Numbered from the whole stretch's first letter, positions 1-13,880 are shown. The stretch is 62,482 nucleotides of DNA, filler included, from Squatina squatina (GCA_031763465.1; 3 parts of 3 records of this genome joined end to end with filler, not necessarily neighbours in it); one strand, 5' to 3'. Notes: generated by a model not told the origin, from the letters alone. Translations and numbers: made by a program.

Positions 1-1169
1 GAACTAATCTCCCCTTTAAAAGTCTGTTTTCCATGCTGGTCGCCTACCATTCTAAAGGGCTAATAAGTTAGTACGGTGCGAGTGTCTAAACGCTCCTGGA
101 GTCTGTTGAAGTTAAGTGTCCAATTCATTGGCATTCTCAAGGTGCATATGTACCGCTTTCCCTGGCAGTATGGGGTACCGTGTGCATGTAATTCTCTGTG
201 TGTCTGAATTCCTGATGCCATGGAGACTATTTTCTAAGTGTTGTAAGTTCTCAATCCAATTTGAGTTTGGACAGAAACAATACATTTTGAATGATTTTCC
301 AACCTGCTTATTTGGACCAAGTTCTGTTTCCGAGTTGCATCAAAACCACCAATTCAGCAGATTCAATCAACTGTAGACACTGCACAATTCCTTTGTCAGA
401 ATTACAGGCTCCCGCCAAGTGTGGAATTAAAACCCAATTCAACCAGGTTTAAAAACTGCACAGTCTGTAAGACACAAGGAAAATAAAGTGGCATTTAAAA
501 TTTATCATTAGGTTTATAATACATTTTACAATGTTGTTTTTCCATTATAAATTATAGCAGTAAACCGATCAGTCTTTCATACATTGCTGAGTGCTAAAAT
601 TTCACAACGTAAATCTTGTCTGCACCATCATCACTGCATTAGTATAAATGACCACCTTTGGAAAAACACGCATGTGGAAATTTATGGCCATGGCAATTAA
701 CTTCTATTTGTGAAATAGCATAATCCAAGTCACCTGTCAGATGTTATGTTAATTAAGGCAGGACCCAGAGTATAAAACAAAACCACACATGACAGCTAAT
801 TCCAGATATTGTATCTCACGTTGCAATGCCAAATTGAGCTTATATGAAATATTAAATGACTTTTGGTTCAATGTATACTTTCTAACCTCAAAACATGTAT
901 GAAAATAGTACTTTTATACATATTAGATCAACATTGAGATTTTGGAAATATTTAACTGTATCAACTCTGAATTTTTGTACTAAATAACATCAGAAATGAA
1001 ATGTCTCTAAAAGTATTTATAATTTCTCTATTTACCAAGAACAGAGCTAACTCGTGAACTTTGGGAGGAATCCTTCATACAGATACAAACAATGGAGTGG
1101 GATCAGACATTGTGCCATTGGGTGATGCCCAATAATGCTTGTCTGGCCTTCAGTTAACCCAGTGGAGGC

Positions 1170-1399
1170 CTGCTGCCCATATCCTAACTCACACCAAGTC
1201 CCGTTCACCCATCACCCCTGTGCTCGCTGACCTACATTGGCTCCCGGTTGAGCAACGCCTCGATTTAAAAATTATCATCCTTGTTTTTAAATCCCTCAAT
1301 GGACTCGCCCCTCCCTATCTTTGTAGCTTCCCTCCGAGATATCTGCGCTCCTCCAATTCTGGCCTCTTGCACATCCTCGATTTTAATCGTTCACCATTG
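1170..1399 (+). mobile_element. L2-clade LINE ORF2 3' fragment
   Basis: Translates to AAHILTHTKSRSPITPVLADLHWLPVEQRLDLKIIILVFKSLNGLAPPYL, the typical L2 C-terminal 'ITPVL..LHWLP...LAP.YL' motif. Confidence 0.85.
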
Positions 1400-1499
1400 N
1401 NNNNNNNNNNNNNNNNNNNNNNNNNNNNNNNNNNNNNNNNNNNNNNNNNNNNNNNNNNNNNNNNNNNNNNNNNNNNNNNNNNNNNNNNNNNNNNNNNNN

Positions 1500-1700
1500 T
1501 GGTTCAGCCTCAGGCAGCCCCCAGGGAGAGGGATGGAGTCAGTGGCGAGGGAACTGAGTTTGTGACGTCGATCGAAGACAATGGCTTTGCTCTTCCCGAT
1601 ATATAGTTGGAGGAACTTTCTGCTCATCCGACTTTGGATGTCGGACAAGCAGTCTGACAATTTAGAGAGCATGGACGGGTCAAGAGGGGTGGAGGTGATT
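1500..1700 (-). mobile_element. L2-clade LINE reverse transcriptase fragment
   Basis: LDPSMLSKLSDCLSDIQSRMSRKFLQLYIGKSKAIVF matches the region after YADD in L2 RT; same family as 52644-52853. Confidence 0.8.
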
Positions 1701-3479
1701 TCATCCTTAGCATGGTGACCACCAAGGAAAGTATACACAGGTTCAGCCACTTAAATATCCTTTCTCTGCTGACAGTGGCTTGTTCGGATTTTTTGTCACT
1801 AACTGTTGGTTTGAAGATAATTGATTATCACGCATTTAACCAACCAAATTTCACCGTGTTTGTTCAAAGTTAGCTTGGTAGTCCCACTTTGAACTGACTT
1901 TACAACATGTGTTCTAAAATAAGCTTGATACAACGATCGGAATGGCAGTTGTTTATTTTCAAAGTGTATTGAGATTTAAGAGAATAGCTGTGAATTAAAA
2001 CTGGATAAAAAAATACATGATTTTTGTCACACAGAGGCTAAAGATAATTTGAAGCAGCAAATCTGATCATCACTATGATTATCTCATTGTATCCTGCTCC
2101 ATATACAAGATGTCGTACTGAAGAAAAATGCTGGCTTAAGCAACCTGTTAGTCATCTCTTCCCCAGCAGACGCTTGATAAATCATTCAGAAGCAAATCAT
2201 TTGTTATTCCAGTGTTGCAGATATTATGGGAGGTCTTGTGACACATTAAATCATTGTAACGATTCTTGTTTCAACTAATCCTCTATNNNNNNNNNNNNNN
2301 NNNNNNNNNNNNNNNNNNNNNNNNNNNNNNNNNNNNNNNNNNNNNNNNNNNNNNNNNNNNNNNNNNNNNNNNNNNNNNNNNNNNNNTACATTTACCACAA
2401 TCTGGAGTGGGGGAAGGGGAATTATGTTGTGTGCTAAATCAATTGTTATTCCACACACATATGGCACCCATGCCTCTCTGCACTCAGCACATATCCCTTC
2501 CTTGTAACAAATGTGAGTAATAAGTCAAGGTGTGAAATGTATCGTGACAGCCAGAAATAAATCAGATCAACCGAGAATGCCATCATTAAGAAAAATGGAA
2601 GGAAATAAAAAGGATGTTACATGAAGTCTTACAATGAAATTCATGCATTTTAAAAGCAATGTCTTGAGGAGTGAATGAATCAGCCAGCTGCCCATTTCGA
2701 TAACTCATTCAGATTTTGTTCAATACCCAATATTGTTGCATTGGCTAGGAAATGATTAACACAACACATATCTACTAGAGCTGGAACAGAAATGAGATCA
2801 TTGTATTTTAGCTCCCAGAATTAGTCAGAGATAAATCAGGCTTTGAATGGGAAGTAGCAGGACTGTGAAGATGCATTCTATGATGCATTTATTCACGTTG
2901 ATTTGGTCAGCTTGCTTATCATGCATCCCTGTTGACACAGACACAGCAGACAGTGCTTGGGATTCAATTGTCAATTTACATGGTAGCAATCAAAAGAACA
3001 GAACCATGTAACATGGAGCTCAATCCTCAATTAAAGGCAACAAAGTGAGAATATTATGGCCAAGGGTAGTGCTCATAGTGCCATCCCAGCTAAGATCAAC
3101 TAACGCAGTACAGCCTTTTCTCAATTTAACATTTCTAATCAAATCAACTAGAAACTGTCCAAGGTGGGAGACATAAGTGCAATTACCCATGGTTACATTT
3201 TCAGGTCTTTATAGAAACGTAGGGGCTGATTTGGGTGTCTGTTATTTCATGATTTTGGGTGAAAATGGGACATAGNNNNNNNNNNNNNNNNNNNNNNNNN
3301 NNNNNNNNNNNNNNNNNNNNNNNNNNNNNNNNNNNNNNNNNNNNNNNNNNNNNNNNNNNNNNNNNNNNNNNNNNNGAAGAATGACAAGAAAGACCCTTCG
3401 CACCTTCTCAGTGCAGTCCAAAGGAACTGTTTGCAAGTTAAAGTTGGCAACATCCACAACCCAACGTACTGCTTTGAAT

Positions 3480-4100
3480 CAGTAATTAGGATGGATATCC
3501 CTTGTAGCTTGCAGTAAATACCTCTGAGAGCTCCTCTTTATTGTGTAGAGCTATAATATCACACTTGGAGCCACCCTTCACTATGTTCTACTAGTTAGCC
3601 TGTTGTACAAGATGGCAACTGAAGCACACTCGCTCCCTAGACATGTCCACCAACATTATCATATGTGAAAAGATGCACTGTAATCTTTTCAAAAATGCCT
3701 GGACCACATACTCCATTCCTTTCTGATGCCATCTAACATATAATTGATGAAGATATTGAATAGGATGAGGTATAATTGACAATCATGCTCTTCTTTTAAG
3801 AGAGATTGGTTTAATGAGTCTTCCATTGTCACATACATGAAACATAGGCGTGTAGATAAAATCTCAAGCTGAAATCCAAGATTCAGATATGTACTTTTAT
3901 AGCTTCTAGCTTCTTCATGTTGCTGCATGAGGCACCATATCAAAAAAATGAGGTCAACTGGCTTTCCCTTCAGCATTGTGATATTCCACAATCTGTTATA
4001 AAGCCATAACCTGACCAAGCATTCACCATGAGAGTTAAATCCATCTTGTTCCTTCCCTTCTTTAGTACAGTGAAGGCTTCAATGAACCTAACATACAATA
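3480..4100 (-). mobile_element. Highly decayed non-LTR retrotransposon RT remnant
   Basis: Minus-strand peptides 'LILFNIFINYML' and 'LFTYDNV' resemble the RT P.LFNIFIN and YADD motifs; many stops and frameshifts; boundaries approximate. Confidence 0.35.
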
Positions 4101-4974
4101 TCTTGACAACCTGAAGAAACAGCTTAACAACACTGTTACAAGAAAAATTCCTCAGAAATTTAAGATCTCTGTTTCACGTATTTTTTTTTCAGGATAAAAA
4201 ACATAATTACGCTCTGGAATATTAGGTTTCTGTGTACCTCAAAGAGAATCCTGTTCCCCAGGAGGATAGGTCTAAATCAAATTAATGACTCTTGTTATTG
4301 ATCTCGAAGATTACTATCATTCCTCCTCCTCTATGGCTTGAACAGCTTTTAGGAATTCAATCTGAAACCTATCCATACTTCTTGCCTTACCACATCCAAG
4401 GTGATGCACTGGAAAGTCTATTCCATCCAACAAACTGGTCCATTATGACCTCTCTCTGATGTATACTCCACGGACATTTCCGACCTCTATACAGATGAAT
4501 CCATCTTACAACCCAGTGTGCATGGAGCCACCTCAATATAATAGTCTTTCCCATACTTTAGGATGCCTTTGTGAGTTTGTAGATGAGCATCAGATTTGGT
4601 TGCTATTAACATTTACCTAGGGAAATGCCAAAAATTAACAGCATTTTTTATTCAACCATAAAATAATTTAGGATAATCTTATGTAATTCTGAGTCCTTCT
4701 AAATACAACTGACTGATCTGAATACGTTACATCATCATAATCTTCACAGCAGCTCTCAATCATTTCAAGGAGGCTTCAAGTATCGCTTTGAAGCAGCTCT
4801 GCTTTTTCCTAATGGTACTTCTTCATTTCATAGTCACCTTAACAGGACGCTGCCTAGTGGGTGAGCAATGGCAGATTTAGGCTCAGTTGTTTTGTAAAAG
4901 GAAACAGAGATCAAAAGCAGACTGCACACGGCAAGAAGCAGAGATCAAAAAAGATTCAACTGTATAACCTATTT

Positions 4975-5330
4975 ATAGCACAGAGCCGCTTTCAAAACTG
5001 GCTTTGTGCATCTGGCTCGTCAACCTCCTGCTGATTGAGCAAAGTGTTGTGCCAGCAGGTGGCAAAAGTACTGACTGAAAAATTATTGGACAAAGTGCCG
5101 GCACTCCAGAGAGCGTGGCAGCAACGGGAGGGTCTCTTTCGGGGAGATCGGCCGCCACACATCGGCTGACAATAACGTCGGCCGACGTTTAAAGATGACG
5201 GCCTACGGTGCTGCTGGGGTGCCAAGCCCAATAAATCATTTTATGAATTTAGACATCTACGCTGATTTTACACCAGGTAGCGTCGCAAATTGGCACTACC
5301 TGGTTGTGACGTCAGATGAATTGGGGCCCC
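4975..5330. mobile_element. CpG-rich non-autonomous DNA transposon fragment (Harbinger-type end)
   Basis: GC/CpG-rich patch in AT-rich DNA ending in GAATTGGGGCCCC followed by TA, loosely resembling the termini at 13194, 23974 and 43859. Confidence 0.4.
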
Positions 5331-5548
5331 TATATGTTTCAATAAGATCACCTCTCATTCTTCTAAACTCCAATGAGTATATGGCACTACCTGCTCAACC
5401 TTTCATCATAAAACAACCATTCCATACCCGAAATCAACCGAGTGAACTNNNNNNNNNNNNNNNNNNNNNNNNNNNNNNNNNNNNNNNNNNNNNNNNNNNN
5501 NNNNNNNNNNNNNNNNNNNNNNNNNNNNNNNNNNNNNNNNNNNNNNNN

Positions 5549-5735
5549 TTTAAACTAAATTCAACTTCTCTTCAGATGTTGGGATTTGAACTCGCATTCT
5601 CTGGATTACTTGTCCAGAAACAGAACTGCGACCATACCCCGAATGGCCACTTGGGTGAGATACTCCACAGGGCTGCCAATACCAGTGGAGCTGTACCCAG
5701 GCAAGAGTCGGCACTTCCAGAAAAGGGAGAGGGAG
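5549..5735. mobile_element. tRNA-derived SINE head (-) plus an old SINE body fragment (+)
   Basis: B-box-like GAGTTCAAATCCC on the minus strand. 5641-5730 (GAATGGCCACTTGGGTGAGATACT...) is the reverse-complement homolog of 55730-55810. Confidence 0.5.
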
Positions 5736-6627
5736 AAATTCTTTTTTCAAAAAAAAAAATAAAAGCAACTTTCACTAAAATCCCGATTATGGAGGAGAAA
5801 ATATTTTCTTGTAGGCAAAATGATACGGTCATATAACATTCTCGATCAATCGTCGTGTTTTAACTTTGAGAGCTGAACGCCGTACTGCTTTTCATTTGTA
5901 CATTTTATTTTCTCACAAGCCTCATTTTGAACCTCTCAAATCAATAAAATGAGATAATTCCCAAGTAATAACCAGGATTAATGGTTTGAAAACTCTCGCT
6001 AAAGCATCTTTTCACATCCCTTGATGTGCAGTTAAGTTCAAATGACATGAGAAGGACAATAAAGTCTAAATGTACATGAAAATAGAGTGTTTAAAAGTGA
6101 TAACAGGCAGAAATGGACAATAAATAACTTATGCAATTATTTTATTGCTGTCGTGTTTCATCGGAAGAATTCTGATGAAACATGACGCAGTTATTCTATT
6201 GCCATTGTGTATTTCTGATTGGATCGTGTTTAAAAAACTCTTAATAGTGGAAAAAAAAATGAATCGGAAGACAGGCAATACCTTTGATCCATGCCTGCTT
6301 CAGCTTAGTAATGTNNNNNNNNNNTAATGTAAAATAGCCCTGGCTTTGCCTTTGACTTTCAGACACAGAATTAGCTTTAATTAGCTTGGAATTAACTGGT
6401 ATTTGGGCTGGAACAAAATTAACCTTTAACATGCGAGGGCAGAAACAGCTACAAATTCAGGAAAACTGAAATAGAAATCGAGAATATTGGAAATACGCAG
6501 CAAGTCAGTCAGCATCTGAGAACGAAAGAGAGGTTAATGCTTGAGTTGGGACCCTTCTTCACTTCCGAGCTGACATGTTAACATTTGGTCTGAACAGTAA
6601 TGGAATTTTGTGAATGAAAGAACAGAA

Positions 6628-6804
6628 AGACTTGCATTTACATAGCGCCTTTCACAACCTCAGGACATCCCAAAGCGCTTTGCAGCCAATGACGTGCTTT
6701 CAAAGTATAGTCATTGTTGCAATGTAGGACTAGCGGCAGCCAATTTGCACACAGCAAGCTCCCACAAACAGCAATGTGATAATGATCAGATAGTCTATTT
6801 TAGT
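6628..6804 (-). mobile_element. Deu-type SINE 3' part with L2-derived tail
   Basis: GAAAGACTTGCATTTACATAGCGCCTTTCACAACCTCAGGACATCCCAAAGCGCTT; the same family recurs near 11445, 13000, 24860, 28480 and 60600. Confidence 0.7.
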
Positions 6805-9399
6805 NNNNNNNNNNNNNNNNNNNNNNNNNNNNNNNNNNNNNNNNNNNNNNNNNNNNNNNNNNNNNNNNNNNNNNNNNNNNNNNNNNNNNNNNNNNNNNNN
6901 NNNNAGCACCTCCCAAACCCATGACCTCCACCACCTAGAAGAGCAAAGTGCATGGGAACCCCATCACCTCCAAGTTTGATATCACCTAATCACGACTTTG
7001 TGATTTACCTCGCCTCCTTTGTTCTTTTTTATTTTCTGTGATGTCCTGCACTTTGGGCCTTGGTCCTTTACTTTGGTTTCTCGTAAACTAAGACAGTCGC
7101 TGGTTCAGAACCAACGAAGGGCCACTTGAAATGACGCCCTCCTCAAATGTCTTTTTTGAGGTGTTAGGGAATCAGATTAGGAATTTTCCATCTAACATAT
7201 CTTGTTTCAAGCTTGTTAGANNNNNNNNNNGGAAGATTTTATATTGACTTGAATGTCGAAAATTTAATTTGTTCTGCTGAAAAAGCCATTTCCACACTCC
7301 CCCCGCTTTTCTATTGTAACCTAATAGCTATGTCTTCAAAAAGGAAAAACACAGATGCTCCACAATTGACAAATACATAATAATCAATATAAAAATGTCA
7401 ATGCATCAACGCTCCCCTGTCCATTCACACCAGGATCATACAGATCGCTAAGTATACTATTCTATTTTCATAGGCTTGAGCAGTTGTGGTTTTGAAATCT
7501 AAGCAAACAATATATTTTTAAACACCTCCCCAGTACAAGTTGTTTTCTTAGTGGCCAATCTTAAATGTATATTCTTTATTTATTTTTCCAAAGTTCTACC
7601 ATCACAAATGGACTTTTATAGGCCCATAGGTCATAATTATTGTGATAAAATGTTGTACTATATGTTATTGTCCTATTATAGAGCAGTTAATGGAGAACTA
7701 TCTATAATAAAGCTCCTTCCACATCCATTTATGACATCAAGCAGGTACACCATGCATAACGTTAAGCATCATGCACTGTCATTGTTTGGAACAGGTCAGT
7801 GAAACAAACAGAAATTTTGTACAATCAGGAAAATTACAGTTTAGTTGGTCACCTTAGAATCTGGTGGGCCCACTCTGCTGGCACAAATGAGGCAGAACAG
7901 AACCCACAACTGCTCCAATTGAAGCANNNNNNNNNNNNNNNNNNNNNNNNNNNNNNNNNNNNNNNNNNNNNNNNNNNNNNNNNNNNNNNNNNNNNNNNNN
8001 NNNNNNNNNNNNNNNNNNNNNNNNNNCCACACTAAAAAAACTATCCAATTTGACACTAAGTTAACATGTACAATACCTAGGTAGCTTGAATCAGCAGAAT
8101 AAATCTTTGAGAAGCTATAGGCTAGATGTAGACTAACAGGACCAAATTCCATCAGTACCAATTAGGAAGAGATGGAGTGCAACGCAATGCACCTCCAATC
8201 TAATATTAACTTGCAGACCTGATCACTGCTTCAGGCTTATTACCACCATACTATGTGGCACGACTCACAGTCCAGACTGGTACCACAGGAGAGAGAGTTT
8301 TTTTGCTTAGTTGGTTTATAATTTTTCATATAACTGCTCGAGGACAGGAGCATTTATTACTAGGCCACTGGCAACATCAAATCTGACAATGCATGCTTGC
8401 TCTGCCTCAGTCCTGCTCCCTCACTCTTACAGGTTAAGTCAGTGAAAATGCCAAATTTACATAGATTTCTATCTGCTTTCAATACTACAGTCAAGGGAAG
8501 GATGGCATGTTCTCGGAATTAATTAATGCACTTCCATCAAGCTACATTTACTTATTTTGGTGCAGAAATACTATTGCAATCCTCAAAAGCTTAAAATACA
8601 TCAAATTGATGGAATACGTATGGTGACTATGGTGTTCGCAATATGCACAGGTAGGAATAATTGGACCAATAATTTCAAATCATAACATTTATGAAGAATC
8701 ATGCTGATACTGAATGAAACAATTAGAAATCATTTTGATTCTTTTCCAACAAATGTTTACCAACAAATCCCACAGAACTCAATGAATAGGACTCTAAAGC
8801 TTTAATCTTTATTTATGCACCGATTGCATTTCCAACATGATTAAATGTCTTGTCTTTAACCCACAATACATGCAATAAAATCAGTTCAACATAATTTTTT
8901 ATTTAAACAGGCATAATTATAGAGTCTATGTCCTACTTAGAATTGTCTCAGTGATTTGGGTCAGTTCATTACAGACCCACTGACAGTAATTTTAACCCTT
9001 TAATTATGTGTGTGTTTGCTGTTATACGAATTATTCCATATTCCCTGGAGTCATTACCATCTGAATCTCAATGTAAAGTGGAGACAGTCTGTAACCCATT
9101 GGCTATTCTTTGGCAGAAACCCAGTTTGTACTTTGTTATGTACAGCTGAAAATCCTGGGATGACTTACATTTGCCCAACAGGACTTTATGCCCCTTCTGC
9201 AGAGAGCATGTCTTGATTGCTTGGCAGCCTCCCAATTCCTAACTATCACAAATTTAATCTCATTCAATAAGAAAGGCAAAATTAATTTCTACTTTAGCAG
9301 AAATCTGAGATAGAAAGGTAAAAATATTCTTTATGGAAGTAGTCAAGATTTAGAACGGTTCATAGATGCTTTTACATATACCAATTAGCCAATTATATT

Positions 9400-9819
9400 A
9401 ATGACTGGGATGTGGGTATACAGGGCACAATTTCAAAATTTGCAGATGACACAAAAACCTGGAAGTACAGTGAACAGTTAGGAGGGTAGTGATAGACTTA
9501 AAGAGGACACAAACAGGCACGTGGAATGGGCGGACATGTGGCAGATGAAATTTAACGCAGAAAAGTGCAAAGTGATACATTTTGGTAAAAAGAATGAGGA
9601 GAGGAAATATAAACTAAAGAGTGCAATCCTAAAGTGGGTGCATGAACAGAGAGAAGATGGCAGGGCAGGTTGAGAAAGCAGTTAAAAAAGCTTATGGGAT
9701 CCTGGGCTTCATGAAAAGAGGTACAGAGTAAAAGCATGGAAATTATAAAACACTGGTTCAGCCTCAACTGGAGTATTGTGTCCAATTCTGGGCACCGCAC
9801 TTTAGGAAGGATGTGAAGG
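9400..9819 (+). mobile_element. CR1-clade LINE RT fragment
   Basis: Encodes SKFADDTK, WQMKFNAEKCKVIHFG and PQLEYCVQFWAPHFRKDV. Confidence 0.9.
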
Positions 9820-12800
9820 NNNNNNNNNNNNNNNNNNNNNNNNNNNNNNNNNNNNNNNNNNNNNNNNNNNNNNNNNNNNNNNNNNNNNNNNNNNNNNNNN
9901 NNNNNNNNNNNNNNNNNNNAGATTCTACATCATCAGTTTGCCAGCACAATGTGCGTGCCAAGACTGCGTGCAGAGGAACTGCGCCACAACTTAGGAAGAG
10001 CGAGGCACCACATCTGACCTGTGACATGACCTGGGAACGGCTACAACGGTCAAGAGGTGTTAAAATAAAATAAATTCCATTCCCAAGCACTTTAATCCCT
10101 CACGCACAAAAATAAACATCTCAGGTAAAATTGCATAGCTTGCCATAAAAGTGACATCCTGGTAAATTATACATGAAAAAAAAACATTTTACATTCACTC
10201 TGCTCCGTCTCTTCCATTAAACTAAATTCAGGATTTACACTGCAGTCAGGAAAAAAAAACACCAAAATGCTTGCAATCTATCAAAATAATAGTTGAGCCA
10301 CAAAACAAGTATAAAGTTAATACAATACACATTTTATTTTATGGATGAAAGACAAAGCAAGGACTCTATTGACGTCAGATACAATACTGTAGAAATTGTA
10401 TGATCAGAATATAAAGTCATCGCACCATCTCAGAAAATGTGCATTCAGAATACAAAGACATATCATCCTTCACACAATGCGCACTCACAATTCACACACA
10501 CACACACTCAGAAAAGGTGCACTAGCAACTCAAATTTATGTCACCACTTTTTTATATATTTTCTAGGCTGGCAGAAATTTTGTTTTCAGCCCAAACTCAG
10601 GAGCATCAAGGATCTGCAGCAAGAAAAATAAATGCATCTAGGAGATATAACAGGTTGTTACAAACCCTATAATCTTACTTTGGAACTGCAAAATAATTGC
10701 ATTGTCAGGCCTTGCTAAGAGATAAATGGCAGCATTATTCCACTGTTACTCAGTTATAAAGGCCAGTCCGCTTTATTCGACCAATGACACTTTCACCACT
10801 TCACTTAAAGGGGCATTGTTTGAAAATCTAATGTATAATATTTGTAAGCAAATGGTACAAATGATATTTTTCATATAAAAAACATAATTATTTTGGTTAT
10901 GTGTAATGTCATCATGGCAAAAATGACATCTGTTCTGATTTTTTTTCTGAATTCCCCTTTAATAGTTACGAAAAATAACTATAAAACATTGGATCCTGTT
11001 CAATATTAGAATTAACTAATATAGCTGAGCAATAATAGCAATAAATATCAGAAAATGAGAGTGCAATATTGCTGATAAAATGTAGCTTATGGGATACAGA
11101 ACGTAAAATACAGAAGCGCCGTTTTGGCTGTTCAGGTGCTATTCATTAACTTGAAAAAAGGAAATATGCAAATGCTGTTAATCTCAAATAAAAACGAAAA
11201 ACACTGAAAATACACACATCTGTCAGCATTTGCAAATAAAAAAGTCANNNNNNNNNNNNNNNNNNNNNNNNNNNNNNNNNNNNNNNNNNNNNNNNNNNNN
11301 NNNNNNNNNNNNNNNNNNNNNNNNNNNNNNNNNNNNNNNNNNNNNNNGGAGTTTGTGCATGTGGACGCCAGCTGAGGATCTTATTGTCCGAATGGGTGAC
11401 GAACCTGCTAACACACACTATCTGGACAAAACAGAAGAATAGCCATCGTGTTCCAACGTTACAACAGTGACCACATTTCCAAAAAGTACATTGTTGGCTG
11501 TAAAGCGCTTTGGGATGTCCTGAGGTCATGAAGGGCACTATATACATACAAGCCTTTCTTTCTTAGACTTTAATGGCTTATCAAGGGGCAGCGGTGGAGG
11601 CCCCAAAAAATCTGAAGAGCTGGTCTGGGGGACATCATAGCATTTACACCAATTCAGCCAATAACCGCGCACCAAATTAGTACCGTGGCTGATTTCAACA
11701 CAAATCAGTATAAATTAGACATGAAATCAATCTTCCATCTCCTCCTGTCCTGCACATTGCATTTAGCACTGTCTAATTTGACTGGTCGCTAAAAATAAAG
11801 CAGAAAGTATAAGCTTTGTCGAAGCACCCACACGTGGCAATTGACACTGTTTAACAGGAGAGAGAAAAAAAATCATGTACCAACAATATGAAAAGGTACT
11901 CATAGCGTTCAGTGTGGGCTCACGTATTGCTGCACTGAATCCATGTTGCAGCACAGGGGCTGAGGGTAAACACTCTCAAATGGTTAATAGAATTGGAATA
12001 CACAGACTTGATTCAAAGCCTCCCACAGGTACGACAACACGCAGCCTGCTGTGTTAACGTTACAACTCATTGTTTAACAGTTACACCGAAGAAATGTGCT
12101 TGATTCTGGACCCTGCACATCACTGGAAGAAGAAAAAAAAACCTGCCTGTTATGGAGCTTAATGTTGTTGCCACACAATTTAATGGTTTTATTCCCAGCT
12201 GAAAGGAGAACTGACAAAAGATCTTTCAGTACTCACTCTACTGGCACGGGAGATTGGATTCAAATACGAGCACTTGTGACAGGAAGTCTGTTCTAACTCA
12301 TTTGAATCCCTGTAATAACACAAAGCAGGAATATTGAATATCATATGTTTTTTTAAATATTCTGTAAAAATAATAATAGCCTCAATACTGAGTTTTTGAC
12401 AGTACTTGTTCTGAGAAAGCATAGGAGCAAAGACTGAGTACATTGATTCTGTGTGTGTGGAATCCAATCTGGTCATATTTTTAAAGGTAAAAGGAAAATG
12501 GGTTTCTATGGTCTTCAAGTAGTTCATTCTTTAAAAGGTAAATGGAGCACTTATGTAACAAGGACACGGATACACTGACACGATGTGGCAGGACAACACA
12601 AGAGTACAGGCAATACAAAAATACAGATCCCGTGTTGCGAGATAGCGAGATAAACACAGCTATAATGCATCATGACCTTGAAATATTTCCATATTGTTAA
12701 AGCCTTACCATTAAGTGTTTCTTGAGGAATGATCAACATTGGCCCTAATCGTCCATAATCCCACACTGGGCACGCCCTCCCCAAACCCCAAAAGTGGCCA

Positions 12801-13109
12801 TCGGTAGGTACTCTCTATGTTGGGAATTCCTTCTAAATCCGTCCTTTAGAGGGACCTGGTATAGCATCAACAGAGTGCCCACCTGTGACTTTTGTACCTG
12901 TCTGCAAAAGGGCACATGTAGAGACCACCCGGGGATCCAAGCCAATGTCATGGCCTGGATGCAAGAAAATTTCCCTTCTGCTCCAATCCTCCACAGTACT
13001 TCATTGGCTGTAAAGCACTTTGAGATGTCCGGTGGTCATGAAAGGCATTATATAAAGGCAAGTCTTTCTTTTCTTTTCCATTCCCCAACCTTTGCAGCTG
13101 GATTTTCTG

Positions 13110-13193
13110 TACGCTTGGCTCAGTTAATAGCACTCTTCCCTCTGAGTCAGAAGGTTGTGGGTTCAAACTCCACTCCAGACACTTGAACACATA
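13110..13193 (+). mobile_element. tRNA-derived SINE head interrupted by a DNA transposon
   Basis: A box TGGCTCAGTTAA and B box GGTTCAAACTCC; SINE similarity stops at 13193 where GGCCGTGATTTT begins. Confidence 0.65.
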
Positions 13194-13628
13194 GGCCGTG
13201 ATTTTCCCTACCTCGGCGGGTCAGAGGCAGGCGATGTCAAAAGCGGATCCCAACCCCGCTCCTGTCTCCATCCCGGCCTCCAACAGGACTTTCCGTTGAT
13301 TTGGCATGTTAAGCCCGCCCAGCGAGTCCTGGTAAATTGAAGGAAGCGAATCTGATGACATCATTTGATGCCGGGTTCCTTAAAGGGACCATGCGCAAAT
13401 TGATTTTGACATTTGTGCTGTCAGTGCTCTACAGCATTGAGGTGCTGCAAATACTGACACTCTACTGCACAGAGGTGCACGGCTGCACCCAGGCTCTCCC
13501 ATGACTCCCTCCATATGGAGGGAACCACAGCATGCAAGGAGGTCCTCTTCCCTTCCAATGGATGGAAGAGACCTCCCCAGGAGAACAAGACAGCCTGGTT
13601 GCACATTGCTGAGGAGGGCATAAGCAGG
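13194..13628 (+). mobile_element. PIF/Harbinger transposon end with Myb/SANT-like ORF remnant
   Basis: Terminal GGCCGTGATTTTCC; decayed peptide 'AAPRLS..KEVLFPSNGWKRPPQENKTAWLHIAEEGISR' typical of the Harbinger DNA-binding protein. Confidence 0.6.
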
Positions 13629-13728
13629 NNNNNNNNNNNNNNNNNNNNNNNNNNNNNNNNNNNNNNNNNNNNNNNNNNNNNNNNNNNNNNNNNNNNNNNN
13701 NNNNNNNNNNNNNNNNNNNNNNNNNNNN

Positions 13729-13880
13729 CTTCTTTTATGTCCACCTGAGAGGGAAAACATCTCATTCCGAAGGACAGCACCTCTGACAGTGCAGCACTCT
13801 CTCAGTCTTGAACTGTGTGCTCAAGTCTCTGGAGTGAGACATAAACCACAACCTTCTGGCTCAGAGGCAAAAGAGCTGAG
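13729..13880 (-). mobile_element. Deu-type tRNA SINE 5' part
   Basis: GACAGCACCTCTGACAGTGCAGCACTC core plus a tRNA-like head on the minus strand; homologous to 28640-28785. Confidence 0.65.

Noticed and set aside
6241-6445. Possible minus-strand exon ending ITKLKQAWIKG with a GT donor
   Set aside because: After merging the overlapping contig ends, all frames contain stops and no known protein is recognisable.
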